64,000 bases of DNA from Takakia lepidozioides (taxonomy: Eukaryota; Plantae; Bryophyta). The stretch is taken from contig CM060731.1 in assembly GCA_030704615.1 (NCBI GenBank), positions 93,062,001 to 93,126,000 on the forward strand, read 5' to 3'. Position numbers and translations under genes: made by a program. This document shows, in pieces, positions 1 to 13,711 of this stretch. Position 1 is the stretch's first letter, and the number at the start of each line of letters is the position of its first letter. The notes beneath the pieces are model-generated. The model was not told the DNA's origin, did no database searches, and saw only the letters and a program-made list of their open reading frames with translations.

Positions 1-3000
1 CACAGCAATTTTAGCACTTCTCCCACTTTCTATCTGTTGTACTGACCACAATCGTTCTCTCACAGGCTCGGTGACCAGGCTCAATTCAAAGTTTCACATA
101 TGCTCGGCATATGTATCTTCTATACCCAACAAGTACTACCCCGTCCATCTTCCAAGATGACCCCCGAACCTCAATCTCGGCCCACCTGCCCAGCTGTCCC
201 AGCAGCACCCTCTACCCCTCCCTACATCTACTCGGAACCATCACTTACGCCATCCTGCCAGGTACCATATCCTAACACAGTTGCTACACTCCACTTACCT
301 AGTTTATTTTTCATCTCTGGACCATACAGTGCATCTCTGTACCTCTCCAAGTACTACTCAAGCTCAATGGCTCTCGCACTCAACTTTGACAATGTGCCTT
401 ACATATCTCTGTGCCCCTCGTCTGCAATTGCTTTCTCTACCCCAACTACTGCTACATCTTTGCCCTGTAGTCCCACCTTTGCTACAACAAACCCTCCAAT
501 CCACTCCCCCTCATGCCCTTCACTGTACTCTGCCACTGCACCACTGGGCCCCCCCCCCCCATCTTCCCCTTTACTGTACCAACTGCAATCCCTCTCTCAA
601 TGGCCCTGTCACAAGCCTCCAATCAATATGTCACATATGGCCTGCATATGGACCCTATCTATACAGCAATTTCCACCTTGCACATCTCTCCAGATGGCCA
701 CAATCTCCCAGGCTTACCCTACCCCCCCCTCTACATAGAAGTCTCACTTCGCCACCTCATGTCACCATTCAAAATCAATTCGTCATACATCTCTCTAGGT
801 GTCACCTACTATCTAGACTGCCCAAGGCTGTCCGCCGGGACTACTTAATAAGCGCGGACCTCCCACAACACCTAATTCCCACTCCAAATGTTCCTCTGAT
901 TCAATGGCCCTCTGTCTCTAATTCAATTTCGACAATATGCCCTGCATATGTCAATTTCTCTCCAGAGCAATGGATCTCCCCTCCCCAGCTATTTCCACAC
1001 ACCTGCCCAGCACCAGTGCCCACGCTACACGCAGCCCCCTCATGCTCAACCTCCCCCCGTCATCCCTGCTGCATGCTGCCCTATCACCTCCGAGGGCCCC
1101 GATTCCTACTCACATACCAAGCCCACATGGCTCATACTCATGGCTCATACTCATGCCCTCAACATAATTAATTCAGCCCATATGCCATCTCTGACAGGTA
1201 CCCCAACTGCACAACACACAGATCGACCCCTATCTCCCCTCAATCCTCATGCCCCACTATCTTGCTTACTCTATCCTAGCCTCACTACCCCCCCCAATCC
1301 TTCTTGCGGTGCTCTGTCCGCATCCATCTCAGATTGCCCTATACATACCTGGCCACACCCGCACAGGCGCAAGTTAGTCGTCCATAGCTATTCTCCCCAT
1401 GCATCACCCAAAGCCGCACGGGATTCAATGCATGCCCCTTATTACCCCTGAAATCCCAGTGCACAGATCACACTCCCATCACAATTACAAGCGGTCACAC
1501 TCCCATCAATTTCAATCTGCGCTAGCCAATACACCCCTTCTCTGCAGGCATGTTATTAACACACCCAATCCACACTCACTCCTTTTCACATCCACAGTCT
1601 GCAATGACATAAACCTCTTAATGCCAATCTCCCTAAATTGGCTTAACGCCTCCCTCCTTCGTTTCCACCATCACTCTCGATTTAACTCAGTGACGGCTAG
1701 CATCACCCCCCCAACACATCGAACCTCTCACAATTTATGTCGCATAGCTCTGCCCACTGACAGACTCCTGTCATCACCTCGCACTCCGATTACTCTCCAT
1801 TACACCCCCCCTCTCCCAAACACCCCACTGCCGCCGCGCCTATACAATTGGGCAACAGTTCCAATTAATAAACCAGAGGCGCTCCGCCGCCAGTGGCTGC
1901 GAAGTCACCACCACCCTCCTCGCTCATATATACTGCAGCCACCCCTCACTTCACACAATCTCTCCAACCCACCCCCTGCCCTTCACTGCCTCAACTCTCA
2001 ATTCCCACCTTCTATATCTCATTTCTCTCTCTCTATAGCACGGCCTCCAGATAAAGGCTCCCACTTCCGCATGTCTAGCTCTAACCTCGGTAGCATACAG
2101 AAACGGAGTGGCAGTATCCAAAAGGCTCAGCGACCTTCTCTTTCCATCGTCACGCGTAGCAAGAAAGCCAACTCCCTCTCTATCCCACCTTCTACCTCAA
2201 ATGGCTGATCACACGGACAAAGACTACGACATGGAAGGGATGGAAGCCAGTGACAGGCATCCCTCGGACGAACTATTCTTTGCTACAGAGAATGCATATC
2301 AAGCCCGCTCCACGCAAAGCCCGGCCAAGATCAACAACGGACAGCCATCCGGCGGCCACACTGCTACACCCCCACTGCTCTCACCCACACCTGCCCAGAT
2401 TCAGGCGCCGCCCCATGCAGCTCTCAACTCGTCAGCGGAGGTGTTGGTTGTCCACCCTCGCACCAAGCGTATTGCCAGCGAATCCAACAGTGAGGCTGGG
2501 AGACGGCTCTCCAGGCTCCTCCAACCCGCAATATCTCTGGTCAAGCTACGCCACCCTCGAGCAGTATGCGGTGGACTCCGGACTGCTCATCGTCACAGAG
2601 GAGCGCTCCTCCTTCGAACTCCAGTACATTGGCCTTTGCAGCTCCAAAATTCAAGAAATACGCCACTGTCCAAAAGCTTTTCCGCATGTCTCCCAGCTAC
2701 ACTTCCCATCAACCAGGCCTGACGGACGTGATGGCTAGCTCCTCCCGCTCACCCAATTACCCAAAGGCACCCAGATTGACCCAGTCTCGGGCCTCTCGGC
2801 CTTGCCCCCGCACATCATCATCCGCTTTGACACGGATATAGACATGCCCAAGGAGCTAGCTCTCTACCGAGCTCACAAGCGCTGAATGATGAAAAATGAT
2901 CACATGAATGATGAAAAATGTGGGATGAATGTATGTGGGATGAACGCAAACGGGAATGGATGAATGCTGGATGATTATTGGATGAAAAATTGCCTAGACG

Positions 3001-3065
3001 AGTAAAGCATGGACGACTGCAACAACATGTATCATCAAGGATGAGCATGTGCAGGGAAGAAGGCA

Positions 3066-3547
3066 TTAAGCTGTCGTCAACGACAGCTTAACTCGCAGCC
3101 CATCTCAGCACATGTCAGCCCCCGATAAAACCATAGGGGGGGTTCATTTTTGTGCAGGGAAGAAGGCCTAAAGGTGCCCTCAACGGTAGCTCAATTCCGA
3201 ACAGGGGCACATGACATTTCAACTCAGGGAGCACATGCATTACCGGTAAGTGAGTGTGTGGAGGGGCTGCAAATTAAGGTGTCGTCAACGACATCTTAAT
3301 TCCCAGCCCTATGCCAACCTGAGAATTGAACCCAACAGAAAAAAAAACAATCCCCGAAAAGTGACAAATTAGATGTTATTGAAGAGGGAACACATGCCTT
3401 AGCGGTAAGCATGTTTGTGCAGGGGCTGAGGATTAAGGTATCATCAACGATACCTTAATTCGCTGCCCTGTCCGAACATGAGAATTGAACCCAACAGACA
3501 AAATTAAATTAAATAAAAAATCCCCGAATGTGTCAGATTAAGGTGTC
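3066..3547. repeat. Array of 26-bp palindromes TTAAG(C/G)TGTCGT-CA-ACGACA(G/T)CTTAA
   Basis: Copies start at 3066 (perfect 12-bp arms), 3169 (degenerate), 3274 and 3433, with a half-site at 3538. Confidence 0.8.
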
Positions 3548-4151
3548 TCTTCTGGTGTGTTATTTGGGATGAATGGCATCGACGAATTGCTCGGACTACA
3601 TAACTTATGATTCGTTGTCATGTCCTTCTTCCAGGTGACCAGAAGTTTGCTCATTGGTGTATGATCGTTGACCCCAGGACGCATCGTTTTCATATTCATC
3701 TTTGGTGCACTCGTTTGGCATGCGGACTATTTGCGAAGTTTGCTCATTGGTGTATGAATGCAGGAGTCCCAAGACACCACGATTTCTACCTTTCTTTGCC
3801 AACCCGGATTTTTTCCCAAGTCCTCCAACAATTTTTATTTGCCATCTTATGCGGAGGCTGCGGCTACGGAATATAGTCTACAAGCATCTCCCCCTTCTGT
3901 GCTTCACAACAGACATAGTTTTCTGAAGAGCAGGGCCAGCGTCTTTGTAGACAGTTCTGCCTTCGTTTTGAACAATAGCTCCTATAGCAGTGGATCTTCT
4001 TTGTCGGAATGAATCGCATGTTTTGGAACGTTTATTTATGAAGCACCAGTTCACCTCTCTGCCTTTTTTCCAATTGGGTAAGAGTCTCACTATCAACCAT
4101 CCATACCCCTCCTCAATCAATTCAGCAATGTGGATTCATTGTTGCCAACAT

Positions 4152-4873
4152 TGTCGCGGCCCTTTGCCTTGAGGGCAGGGGGTCGGGACACAAGAGGGGT
4201 TGCCCCTGTGGTGGGGGCAGCGGCAGCGATAGGTATGGGGGGCTGAAGCACCCTTGAGTGCCCAAGGCACTCAAGGAGGCGGAGGCGCTCACTAGGTGGA
4301 GCCCCGCACACCGGGTTGCGGTGGGGGTGGCTCCACAAGGGGTGGTGGTAGTTTAGCGGGACTTAGTGGGGGTGGCATAGGACTCACCATGGGGGCGGAG
4401 ACCTCGTGGTGGGAGTCGTGGGGAGTCTTGGGGACTCATCACGGTCCATAGGGGCCGTGGTGAGTGGGCCCAGACTCACCGCGACTCATCACCGGGAGTC
4501 GAGGGTTTTCGTGGTGGTTCGCCATAAAATGGCATGGCTGGTTATGAAACCCCTGCGCTAAAGAAGTATATATAGGGAGTAGTAACCCCGAGAACGGTGC
4601 AAGCCCGTTGGTGACCAAAAACTAGTGAGTAAGCGAGCGAGCCGGAAAGCGACCAAAGAGTGGGGAGCTGTTCCGGACTGCCATCTACCAAAGGGAATTC
4701 CACTAGTCCCAAATAGGTGGAGGGTTTAGTGGGAAGCGAAGGGGGACCGTTATGTCCCGGTGAGCAGCCGAAGCTCCAAGTTGGCCCGGGCGGCCAGGTT
4801 GGGAGTCAGGCGCGCGCATCAAAGCGAGTAACTATGACTTGAAGGGGAGCTTACCGAAGGGAGGTGCGCGACA
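4152..4873 (+). repeat. 5' LTR
   Basis: Near-identical to 10391-11114; TG...CA ends. Confidence 0.96.
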
Positions 4874-4875
4874 CT

Positions 4876-4887
4876 TGGTATCAGAGC
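4876..4887 (+). promoter_or_regulatory. Primer binding site (tRNA-iMet)
   Basis: TGGTATCAGAGC, 2 nt after the 5' LTR. Confidence 0.93.
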
Positions 4888-4928
4888 TTAGAGTTCAGTA
4901 CGCGATCGTCCTTAGGATTGGCCTCATC

Positions 4929-7900
4929 ATGGGGTCGGGCAAGCCGAAGCGAAGGCGGAACGGCCCAAAAGATTATGATCCTGGTGAGCGCGATGGGGGC
5001 GACGTGTCACCGAGGCAGCCGTTTGAGGAAGCGATGCATGTTTTCGAAAACGAGGCCGCTCAAGAGCGGGAGGAATCCGAGGAGTCGGAGCCCGAGGAAT
5101 CCTTGAGAGCTCCGACAAACCAAGAGATGCCTCCCATGCCGGCAGCCTTTTGGGAAGGGTTGTTGGCGCAGTTTGGCGGGACGTTGAAAGACGTGTTGAA
5201 GGCGGCTAATGCCACTTCCACTAAGGCAAAGTTTAAGGTGAAGCCTAAGGAACCCGACACCTTCGAGGGCGTCCGAAATCGGAAGGCACTCAACACCTGG
5301 CTCCTGGAGCTAGAGCAGTACTTCCGGGCGGCCAAGTTGAGTGACGAGGATCGGGTGGAAGTGGCTCCCACCTATTTGAGGGGCTATGCTCAACAATGGT
5401 GGCAGAAACGCCTTCACGACCGAGGCCCAAGCCCATAAACCTTGAATTGGAGTGGGTTCAAGGAATTGATGAAGAGACAATTTGTGCCCCTCAACGCGTC
5501 CTGGCTTGCCCGGGACAAGATGAGGAATTTGAAGCAAACAGATGACATTCGGGGGTATGTCCAGGCTTTCAATGTGCTGTTGCTCGAAGTCGCGGACATG
5601 GCAGAACCAGAAATGGTCTTCAACTTTGTGGCGGGACTGGCCCCATGGGCCAAGCGGAAGTTGGAGGAGAAGCCACCCAAGACTTTGAACGAGGCAATTG
5701 AGATGGCTGAATGTTTCTCGGATGTCCCTAGGGGTGAGAGACAAGGCCGTACGGAGCTGAACCACAAGAAGACCCGGCGGGAAGGTGACTCCTCCCGACC
5801 GGAAAAGAAGTGGGATAGGCCACGCGGCGACAATGGCACGTGGAAATCAAAGGGAGGGCCTTCACACGTCAAGGCGGCACCTGGTGCTTCGAAAGGAAAA
5901 GCGGGTGGAGCAACTTATGGCGAACAGAAGGCGACCTTTGATGGAGTGTGTTTCAATTGCGGGGAGCCCGGGCACATGGCCAAGAAGTGCACAAAACCTC
6001 GACAATTGAACATGACTCGAGCAACCACGGAGCTGTCGGAAGATACCATCAGTCGCTTGGTGGAAGCGGTGGTCGCCAGGACTTGCAAGGTAGGCAACTA
6101 TTTTTGTGAGTTGTATCAGGAAACTGGCGCCCTACGTAAAGGGAGTGAGTTATTGTTCGTGGATGGGATAATATCCGGAACTAATGTGTCGTTGTTGGTG
6201 GACACAGGAGCGTCGCACTCCTTCATGACACCGGCGGCGGCGCGAAAGTTGGGACTCCCGACAAGTGACGTGGGGGCCTCTATTGAGGTGCATTCTGCCA
6301 AAGGAGAACCACAGTTGGCGACAAGGTTGGCGTTTGATGTTCCTCTTCAACTGGGGAGTTGGGAGGGACGTGAGAACTTCACCATCTGCGAGATCGATGG
6401 AGTGGATCTCATTTTGGGGATGACCTTTTTGAGCAAATCCGGAGCGGTCATAGATGGCCGCAAGAGAGTGATCCCGCTGCCATGTGGGAATGGTGGCGAG
6501 GTTTTACGAGTGTCAGAAACGCCCAAATCCGTGGGAGGGCGAATAAACCTTCTGTCAGCAAGGGAGTGGGCCGTGGAGGAGGCACACGAGCCCCAGTTTT
6601 TGCTTTACATTAGAGAAGTGAAGGGAGAAGGCGATGGGGAGCCGAGCCCAGATTGGATCAAGGGGATCTTGGAGAAATACCAGGATGTGATGCCGGAGGA
6701 TTTACCAAGCGGCTGCCACCGCGAAGAGGAGTTGACCACAAGATTGAGGTGATACCGGGATCGGAACCGCCTGCCAAGGCACCCTACCGTTGAGCCACAG
6801 GGAGTTGGTCGAGCTGAAGACTCAGCTCAAGGATCTAATGTCAAAAGGGTACATCCGGCCGAGTAAGTCACCTTACGGAGCCCCGGTGCTATTCGCAGAC
6901 AAGAAGGATGGGACGCTGCGGATGTGTGTCGATTACAAGGCTTTGAATAAGGTGACTATAAAAACCGGTACCCTTTGCCAAGGATCGACGACCTTTTCGA
7001 CCGGTTGGCAGGAGCGAAGTATTTCAGCCGGATCGACTTGCGCTCCGGCTATCATCAAATTCGGGTGGCGGAAGGAGATGAGGAGAAGACCGCGTGCAGG
7101 ACAAGGTATGGTTCATATGAGTTCTTGGTGATGCCTTTTGGGCTCACCAATGCACCGGCGACCTTTAGCACGCTGATGAACAGCCTTTTTCAGGAGTGGT
7201 TGGATGACTTTGTGATCGTGTACATCGACGACATCTTGGTGTACTCGAAAACAAAGGAGGAACACCTGGAGCACCTCAAAAGGGTGTTCCAAAAGTTGCG
7301 GGAAGGGAAGCTGTACGCCAAAGCTTCAAAATGCGAATTCGGGGTCACGAAAGTGGAGTTCTTGGGGCATGTGATTACACAGGATGGGATCAAAATGGAT
7401 GACAGAAAGGTGAGGGCGATCTTGGACTGGGAGCCTCCGACTTCGGTCCCGGGAGTGCGATCCTTCCTAGGACTCGCCTCCTATTACCGGAAGTATGTGA
7501 GAAATTTCGCCAAGATCGCGGGGCCGCTGTCGGACCTTCTGTGTAAATCCAAAGTCTGGGTATGGAACACATTTTGTGGCCAAGCTTTTGCTGAATTGAA
7601 GCAGCGGATGGCGGAAGCTCCAGTCTTGAAAATCCCGGAGTTCGATCGTCCATTTGAGATTCATACAGATGCGTCGGACTTCGCGATTGGGGGTGTACTT
7701 ATGCAAGATGGACGTCCAGTGGCTTACGAAAGTAAGAAACTGAATGAAGTGGAGCGACGGTGGCCGACGCACGAAAAAGAGATGAAGGCGGTGGTGCACT
7801 GTCTTGAGCTTTGGCGCCACTATGTTGGTTCCAACCCAGTGAAGGTGTTCACGGACAATGTCACGGTGAAGTATTTTGCCACGCAGCCCAAGTTGTCCCC

Positions 7901-9487
7901 AAAACAACTTAGGTGGCAAGATACTTTGGCGGTGTTCGACGTGGATATCCAGTACAAACCGGGACAAGACAACGTGGTGGCCGATGCTTTAAGTAGAAAG
8001 CAGCAGCTCTTGTTGGTGTACAAGGGCGAGACGGCGCTCCAAAGAAAGATCCGGAAGGCTTACCGGAAGGATGAGCTGGCGAAGTCCGTGATGCAGGACT
8101 TGAGGATGGGGGTTAAATCGCAGTTCCACTTGCAAAATGGACTGCTCCGGTATAAGCAAAAGCGTCTCTACGTGCCGAAGGGAGGGATCAGAGATAGCCT
8201 CTTGAGAGAATGCCATGATAGCCCGCTTGCGGGCCACGGCGGAGCCAAGCGCACTGCGGCACTCTTGAAGAAAGAGTATTTCTGGCCCAAACTGAGGGAG
8301 GAGGCAGAGGAGTATGTCAAGACATGCACCACATGCCAACAAAACCGGAGCGAGTACAAAAAGCAAGCGGGGCTGTTACAACCCTTGCCGATTCCAGAGG
8401 GGACTTGGGAAAGCGTCTCGATGGATTTCATGACTGCTATGCCGCTGTCAAAAGGATTCGATGCAATCATGGTGGTGGTGGATAGGTTCAGTAAAATGGG
8501 CCATTTCATCCCCACCAAGGAGACGGCAACGGCGCAGGAGACAGGGCGACTTTACTTCGCCCACGTCTTAAAGCATCATGGAGTCCCGAAGGATATTGTC
8601 TCGGATCGCGATCCAAAGTTTACGAGTAAATTTTGGAGGACACTTTGGAAGAAGATGGGGACGAGGCTGAAGATGAGCACCGCCTTCCGACCTACGACGG
8701 ACGGCCAAACGGAAAGAGTGAATTCCGTAGTGAAGCAATTCTTGCGGAATTACGTGTCGGCAGACCAATCAGACTGGATGGAACACTTAGACGCGGCAGA
8801 GTTCTGTTATAATAACACAGAACACTCCGCAACGGGAGTTTCCCCTTTCGTATTGGTCTATGGAAAAGCACCTCTGGTGCCGACAAGTTGGGCCGCCCAG
8901 GACGTTGAGGAACCGGCAGTAGCGGCGGTACTGGAAGAACGCGAGCGTTTGTTGAAGCTCGCAAAGTACAATATTGCCAAAGCTAGGAAACGGTATGAAA
9001 GGCAGGCGAATCGGAAGCGGAGGGAAGTGAAGTTTGAGGCAGGCACAGAGGTCTGGTTGAACATCAAGAATTTCCGACTACCTCCGGAAGTGAGTCCGAA
9101 GTTCGTACCTCCGTATGCGGGACCCTTTCGCATTCGGAAGGTTATGAATGAGGATGTGTATGAATTGGAGCTGCCGGCAAACAGCAAGGTGCACCCAGTA
9201 TTCCATGTCTCCCTTTTGAAGCCTTACTTCAAAGATGAAGCGCGTCCGAATCGGCATCAAGTGTTGCGTCCGCCACCTATGCTATTGGATCATGAAAATG
9301 AACCTGAGTACGAGTGGATGCAATACTTAAGTCGAGGAGGTTCAGGAACCGAGAAACGGAGTATCTCGTCAAATGAAAGGGCTATCATCATGTGGAGGCA
9401 TCTTGGGTGCGTGCCTCAGAAATGGGAAACGCATCCGAGGCGGTTGCAGCTTTCGAAGGGCGACCTCAAAAGCGGAAGAAGCGTTGA
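4929..9487 (+). pseudogene. Gag-Pol polyprotein (gag, CCHC knuckle, protease, RT, RNase H, integrase, chromodomain) with stops and frameshifts
   Basis: Motifs CFNCGEPGHMAKKC, LVDTGASH, YIDD, TDASD, integrase H-H-C-C and DDE, GPF. A shifted frame at ~9313-9460 reads [30 protein letters not shown] (chromodomain). In-frame TAA at 5436-5438; frameshifts at ~6712, ~6790, ~6962 and ~9314. Confidence 0.93.
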
Positions 9488-10390
9488 TGGGGACATCAAC
9501 CTTGGAGCGTGGGGGAGGAAATGCATGCTTAGCCCAGCTTAGCTAGCTTAGGAATCCGATTACAAAAACTTGTATTGTACAAAAATTTGTTATAAAGGAA
9601 ATGGGTTCCAATGTTGTGCGTCCTATTTTGTTTGGAATGGTGATGCATGGTATGGTTGGCTAGTGTGTAGAATGCATGCTAGCTTATAAAAGTGGGAGAG
9701 GTAAATTGGGTTAATCGTGTGTTTGCGTAGTGCCGAAATCGGGTAACCCCATCCAAGGGGCAAGGAAACTTGCGACTTCTTTGGGAGTTCACGTGCTAGT
9801 GCGCACCTGGCGCGTGCGCGTACTATAACTGCGCTACCGAGGGGGTTGCCTTGTAGTGCGGGCTAACGCGGAAGCTACGTGCTTCCGTTCACGTACTATA
9901 ATCGTGTAGCCTCGGGACGAAGTCGTAGTGCGGCTTCGGCGTGTTCCTGTACCTCAGGCCAGCATTCCAAGGCGGACCCAATTGTAGTGATTGGGGCGCA
10001 CGGTTGGTTCAAGGTTATCTTCCTAGTCAAAGAGGGTTCCAGGGAACCCTTGCTCAAGGTGATGCCAAAAGCGGCATCATGAGCAATCGCAAGCAATGTT
10101 GTTGCAGTAAGGCGAGTCGATCCTCAAGGAGGATCGTTCCTTGGCCTTGAAGTAGGCCAAGAAGAGTGCACTGGGAGGAGCTGGAGAGCCTCCACCCTTG
10201 GCCGGGACTTGGAGGAAGTCGGCCGAACTAGCTAGTGGAGAGTAGAGTCAAGTGTGGGGTTTGGTTCTTTGCCATGGGACGCCATGGTGCAGAAACAAAC
10301 TCCTTGATGTGGGACGCCACAACTTGGATGTTTGTTTCTACAAAATGGACAAGTCGATGAGGACATCGACTTCCTGTTGGTAGGGGTATG

Positions 10391-11114
10391 TGTCGCGGCC
10401 CTTTGCCTTGAGGGCAGGGGGTCGGGACACATGAGGGGCTGCCCCTGTGGTGGGGGCAGCGGCAGCGATAGGTATGGGGGCTGAAGCACCCTTGAGTGCC
10501 CAAGGCACTCAAGGAGGCGGAGGCGCTCACTAGGTGGAGCCCCGCACACCGGGTTGCGGTGGGGGTGGCTCCACAAGGGGTGGTGGTAGCTTAGCGGGAC
10601 TTAGTGGGGGTGCATAGGACTCACCATGGGGGCGGAGACCTCGTGGTGGGAGTCGTGGGGAGTCTTGGGACTCATCACGGTCCATAGGGGCCGTGGTGAG
10701 TGGGCCAAGACTCACCGCGACTCATCACCGGGAGTCGAGGGTTTTCGTGGTGGTTCGCCATAAAATGGCATGGCTGGTTATGAAACCCCCGCGGATAGCT
10801 ACAGAAGTATATATAGGGAGTAGTAACCCCGAGAACGGTGCAAGCCCGTTGGTGACCAAAAACTAGTGAGTAAGCGAGCGAGCCGGAAAGCGACCAAAGA
10901 GTGGGGAGCTGTTCCGGACTGCCATCTACCAAAGGGAATTCCACTAGTCCCAAATAGGTGGAGGGTTTAGTGGGAAGCGAAGAGGGACCGTTATGTCCCG
11001 GTGAGCAGCCGAAGCTCCAAGTTGGCCCGGGCGGCCAGGTTGGGAGTCAGGCGCGCGCATCAAAGCGAGTAACTATGACTTGAAGGGGAGCTTACCGAAG
11101 GGAGGTGCGCGACA
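10391..11114 (+). repeat. 3' LTR
   Basis: Near-identical to the 5' LTR; followed by the AACAT TSD. Confidence 0.96.
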
Positions 11115-13711
11115 AACATACTTTAGAATACACTGCACTATATTTATTTCATTCATCCATGTGTCATTCGTAATACCAACATTCATCCTCCATTCATCCT
11201 TCATTCATCCAAGCAGCATCCATACCCGAGCTTGTAATTTTGACCAGTCTGCGCAGTAATAGGTGTTATAAGTCGAATAGGCGTCCGCGGTTATAGGCGA
11301 CAAGATCTTGAAGCGTGAGCAGAATTCTGCTCATGGAATTTTTTGCTCACGGATTCTGCTCACGGTTAAGCAATCCCCAAAGGAAACCGCGCCTTCATCA
11401 TGACAATGGCCTTGGGGGAACAAATGCAAGGTAAAATTGAGAAAACATTTGACCTACCCGCTTTGCCTGACTATCTCTCTCTCTACCTAGCCAGCGAAAT
11501 TCTGCTCGGCAAACTCGCCAGTAAGCTCACCATGCACCTTGTCATGGAAACTTACCAGCACGGAGATGAATTCGAAATCCTCTATGTTCAGAAGGCTGGA
11601 CCTTCCTCAAAATTTTGCTTTATCTAGCTAGCTGCGGAGGATACTAAGAAGCACATGTTAATACAAGGCGTCCACATCGAACATTCCCTGATCAAGCCGC
11701 AACTCCACAATCGCCGATCCAGCATGACTGGGATCACTGCGACACCACAAGAAGCCATCGACGTAGAGGGATGCCCTTACCTTGGTGGCGAAATTAAACC
11801 TCAATCCGCTGCATTCGCAGGCAGCCCTTCTTGGCATCTTCGGCAAAGACAACACGGAACATATCCATTTCAACAAAATCGACAGGATAGAGAAATCCAG
11901 ACACACAGGGATGGCTCTAATCACCTGCCGGAACCCCAGTGTATACGCACAATGGTGCAACCGCCCGCCAGTGCTCGTAATTGACAGGCTCATCCAGTTT
12001 GAACCGCATACCAATAGCCTCAACGGGGCCACACCGCCAGCGGCGGGTATTCTCGACAGGCTGAGGGTAGCCAACATAAACCAAGCCCTCGCTGACACGG
12101 TCCACTCTATCTCTATAAAATCTACTTCAAACTCGAAGCACGGTCATGACTTCTTGATATCTGAGATTGACAAAAAACTAGCTACACATGTCATCTCTAT
12201 CAAATCCGAGTTCAAGGGTGATCTTGCAGCCATGGAGAACAGGTCGCCCTCACCATTGCGACCCAGCATGAAACTCACCACTCTTACCTGGATTCACTTC
12301 AAGACTCCATCACCAAAAATCTTGGCGCCAACCTGGAAAACTTTTACAATCATGCTAAGCTTGTGTTGGATAAGCTCCCCCCTCCGCCAGGGTTGCCTAC
12401 CCCAATCTCTTCTGACACTGCAGCTACTTTGCATGTAGGGAGCCAACCGACTCTGACTCTCATCGAACTACCACCCACGCCCCCCCCCCCCCTTGGCTTC
12501 AGCCCAGTGGACACAGCCACTCTCAAAACGCAACCTCAGCTGCCAGCGCCACAGCCAACCCTGAACACAACCAAGGCTCAATTGCTGAGCACCATTACCA
12601 TGCATGCCCCATCTACCAATGTTTGAGCTCCTAGCTAAATACAGAGGCCAGATCACTCTCTATAGTCTATTCCAGATAGCTCTACTCTCCCTAGCTCTCA
12701 CTTGGACTCCCTTGCTTTCCCATATCACCACTCACCATAGCAGGCTTGTTCTTTCGGTTTCTACTATGCAATACCATGCTTTTCCTTGCGCCTCATTGTA
12801 CCCCTCTACCTACATTCCATGTGCTTACTCTCCACAATGCGCCCTGGACTCACATCTCTGCGCACAAGTTCTCTACCCCCACACCCCCTACAATCACAAT
12901 CGTGCCCGCTGGGCAAACTACCTCGCACCTGCGAGTCTCATTACGCCCCGTCACCACAGCCAACCCCCCCCCCCCCCCCCCCGCTCTTTACACCCTCATC
13001 CTTGCCCATCACCTCATCGCGCCACTTCATTAACACCAGCCACGTGGCCAACGTGTCTGCGCGCCACAAACCCAACGTCCTCATCGTCACATCAGTCCGT
13101 TCTCATGTCCCTGACGGCCGCAACTGTAAATTCAAACTCTCACGGACACATTCATCCGGGCACATCCATGGCAAAGATCATCCATCCGCCCATCCCCCCT
13201 CTTACCCAAACCACGAGATCTACTCCCTCTCTATACCCCTGCCCGCTCCTGACTAGGGGCCCCTAGGATAAAGTGTTTTTATATTATTACTGCCCCCCCC
13301 CCCCCCCCCCCTCTAACCCCACCTACCCTATACACTTACTAAACATACACCCACCCCCAACCAGCTCCACCTTCCCTTTCACCCAAAATTTACGCATAGA
13401 AATGGCTCATCACCCACACTCCCAGTTTATTTTTCGCACACCTTATGTAACAAGTAACCCCCTAGGTATTACCGTCCACTATCCCCAAGGCCGACGGCAG
13501 CCTCATAAATCAAAGCACTATCACCACCATCCCCCCTCACCTCTTACCTATTACATGGATGCCTGTTCACACCTCACTTTATTACGGTGTGGTGATATCC
13601 ACCCCAACCCAGGCCCTCCCACCCTTAATGATATCATCCTCCTCCTCCCACCCGACCCCCATGAGAGATACTCCCTATATTTTCAACCCAACACGATGTC
13701 ACTCAAGCATA

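Larger units (their letters stand above)
4152..11114 (+). mobile_element. Full-length Ty3/Gypsy chromovirus LTR retrotransposon
   Basis: LTRs at 4152-4873 and 10391-11114 with TGTCGCG...CGCGACA termini; 5-bp TSD AACAT (4147-4151, 11115-11119); PBS TGGTATCAGAGC; purine-rich tract before the 3' LTR; gag-PR-RT-RH-INT-chromodomain order. Confidence 0.97.
2879..11377. mobile_element. Non-autonomous insertion (~1.5 kb without the nested retrotransposon)
   Basis: Interrupts the ORF1-like frame. CAA occurs at both 2876-2878 and 11378-11380 (putative TSD). GGATGAAT repeats at the left end are mirrored by ATTCATCC repeats at 11150-11210. No coding capacity seen. Confidence 0.55.
2070..13711 (+). mobile_element. 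Degenerate LINE-like (non-LTR) element, ORF1-like region plus start of ORF2, split by nested insertions
   Basis: The frame ...PPHIIIRFDTDIDMPKELALYRAH (ends ~2878) continues in frame as KGNRAFIMTMALGE (from ~11379) once the insertion is removed. Downstream are two RRM-like segments (KFCFI-L; GMALITC), a C-rich linker and a 2A-like LLRCGDIHPNPGP (13579-13617). No RT is visible, so the LINE assignment is inference. Confidence 0.5.

Noticed and set aside
100-2060. Long Pro/His/Ser-rich ORFs
   Set aside because: By-product of the C-rich strand bias; no recognisable domain. Probably repeat-derived.
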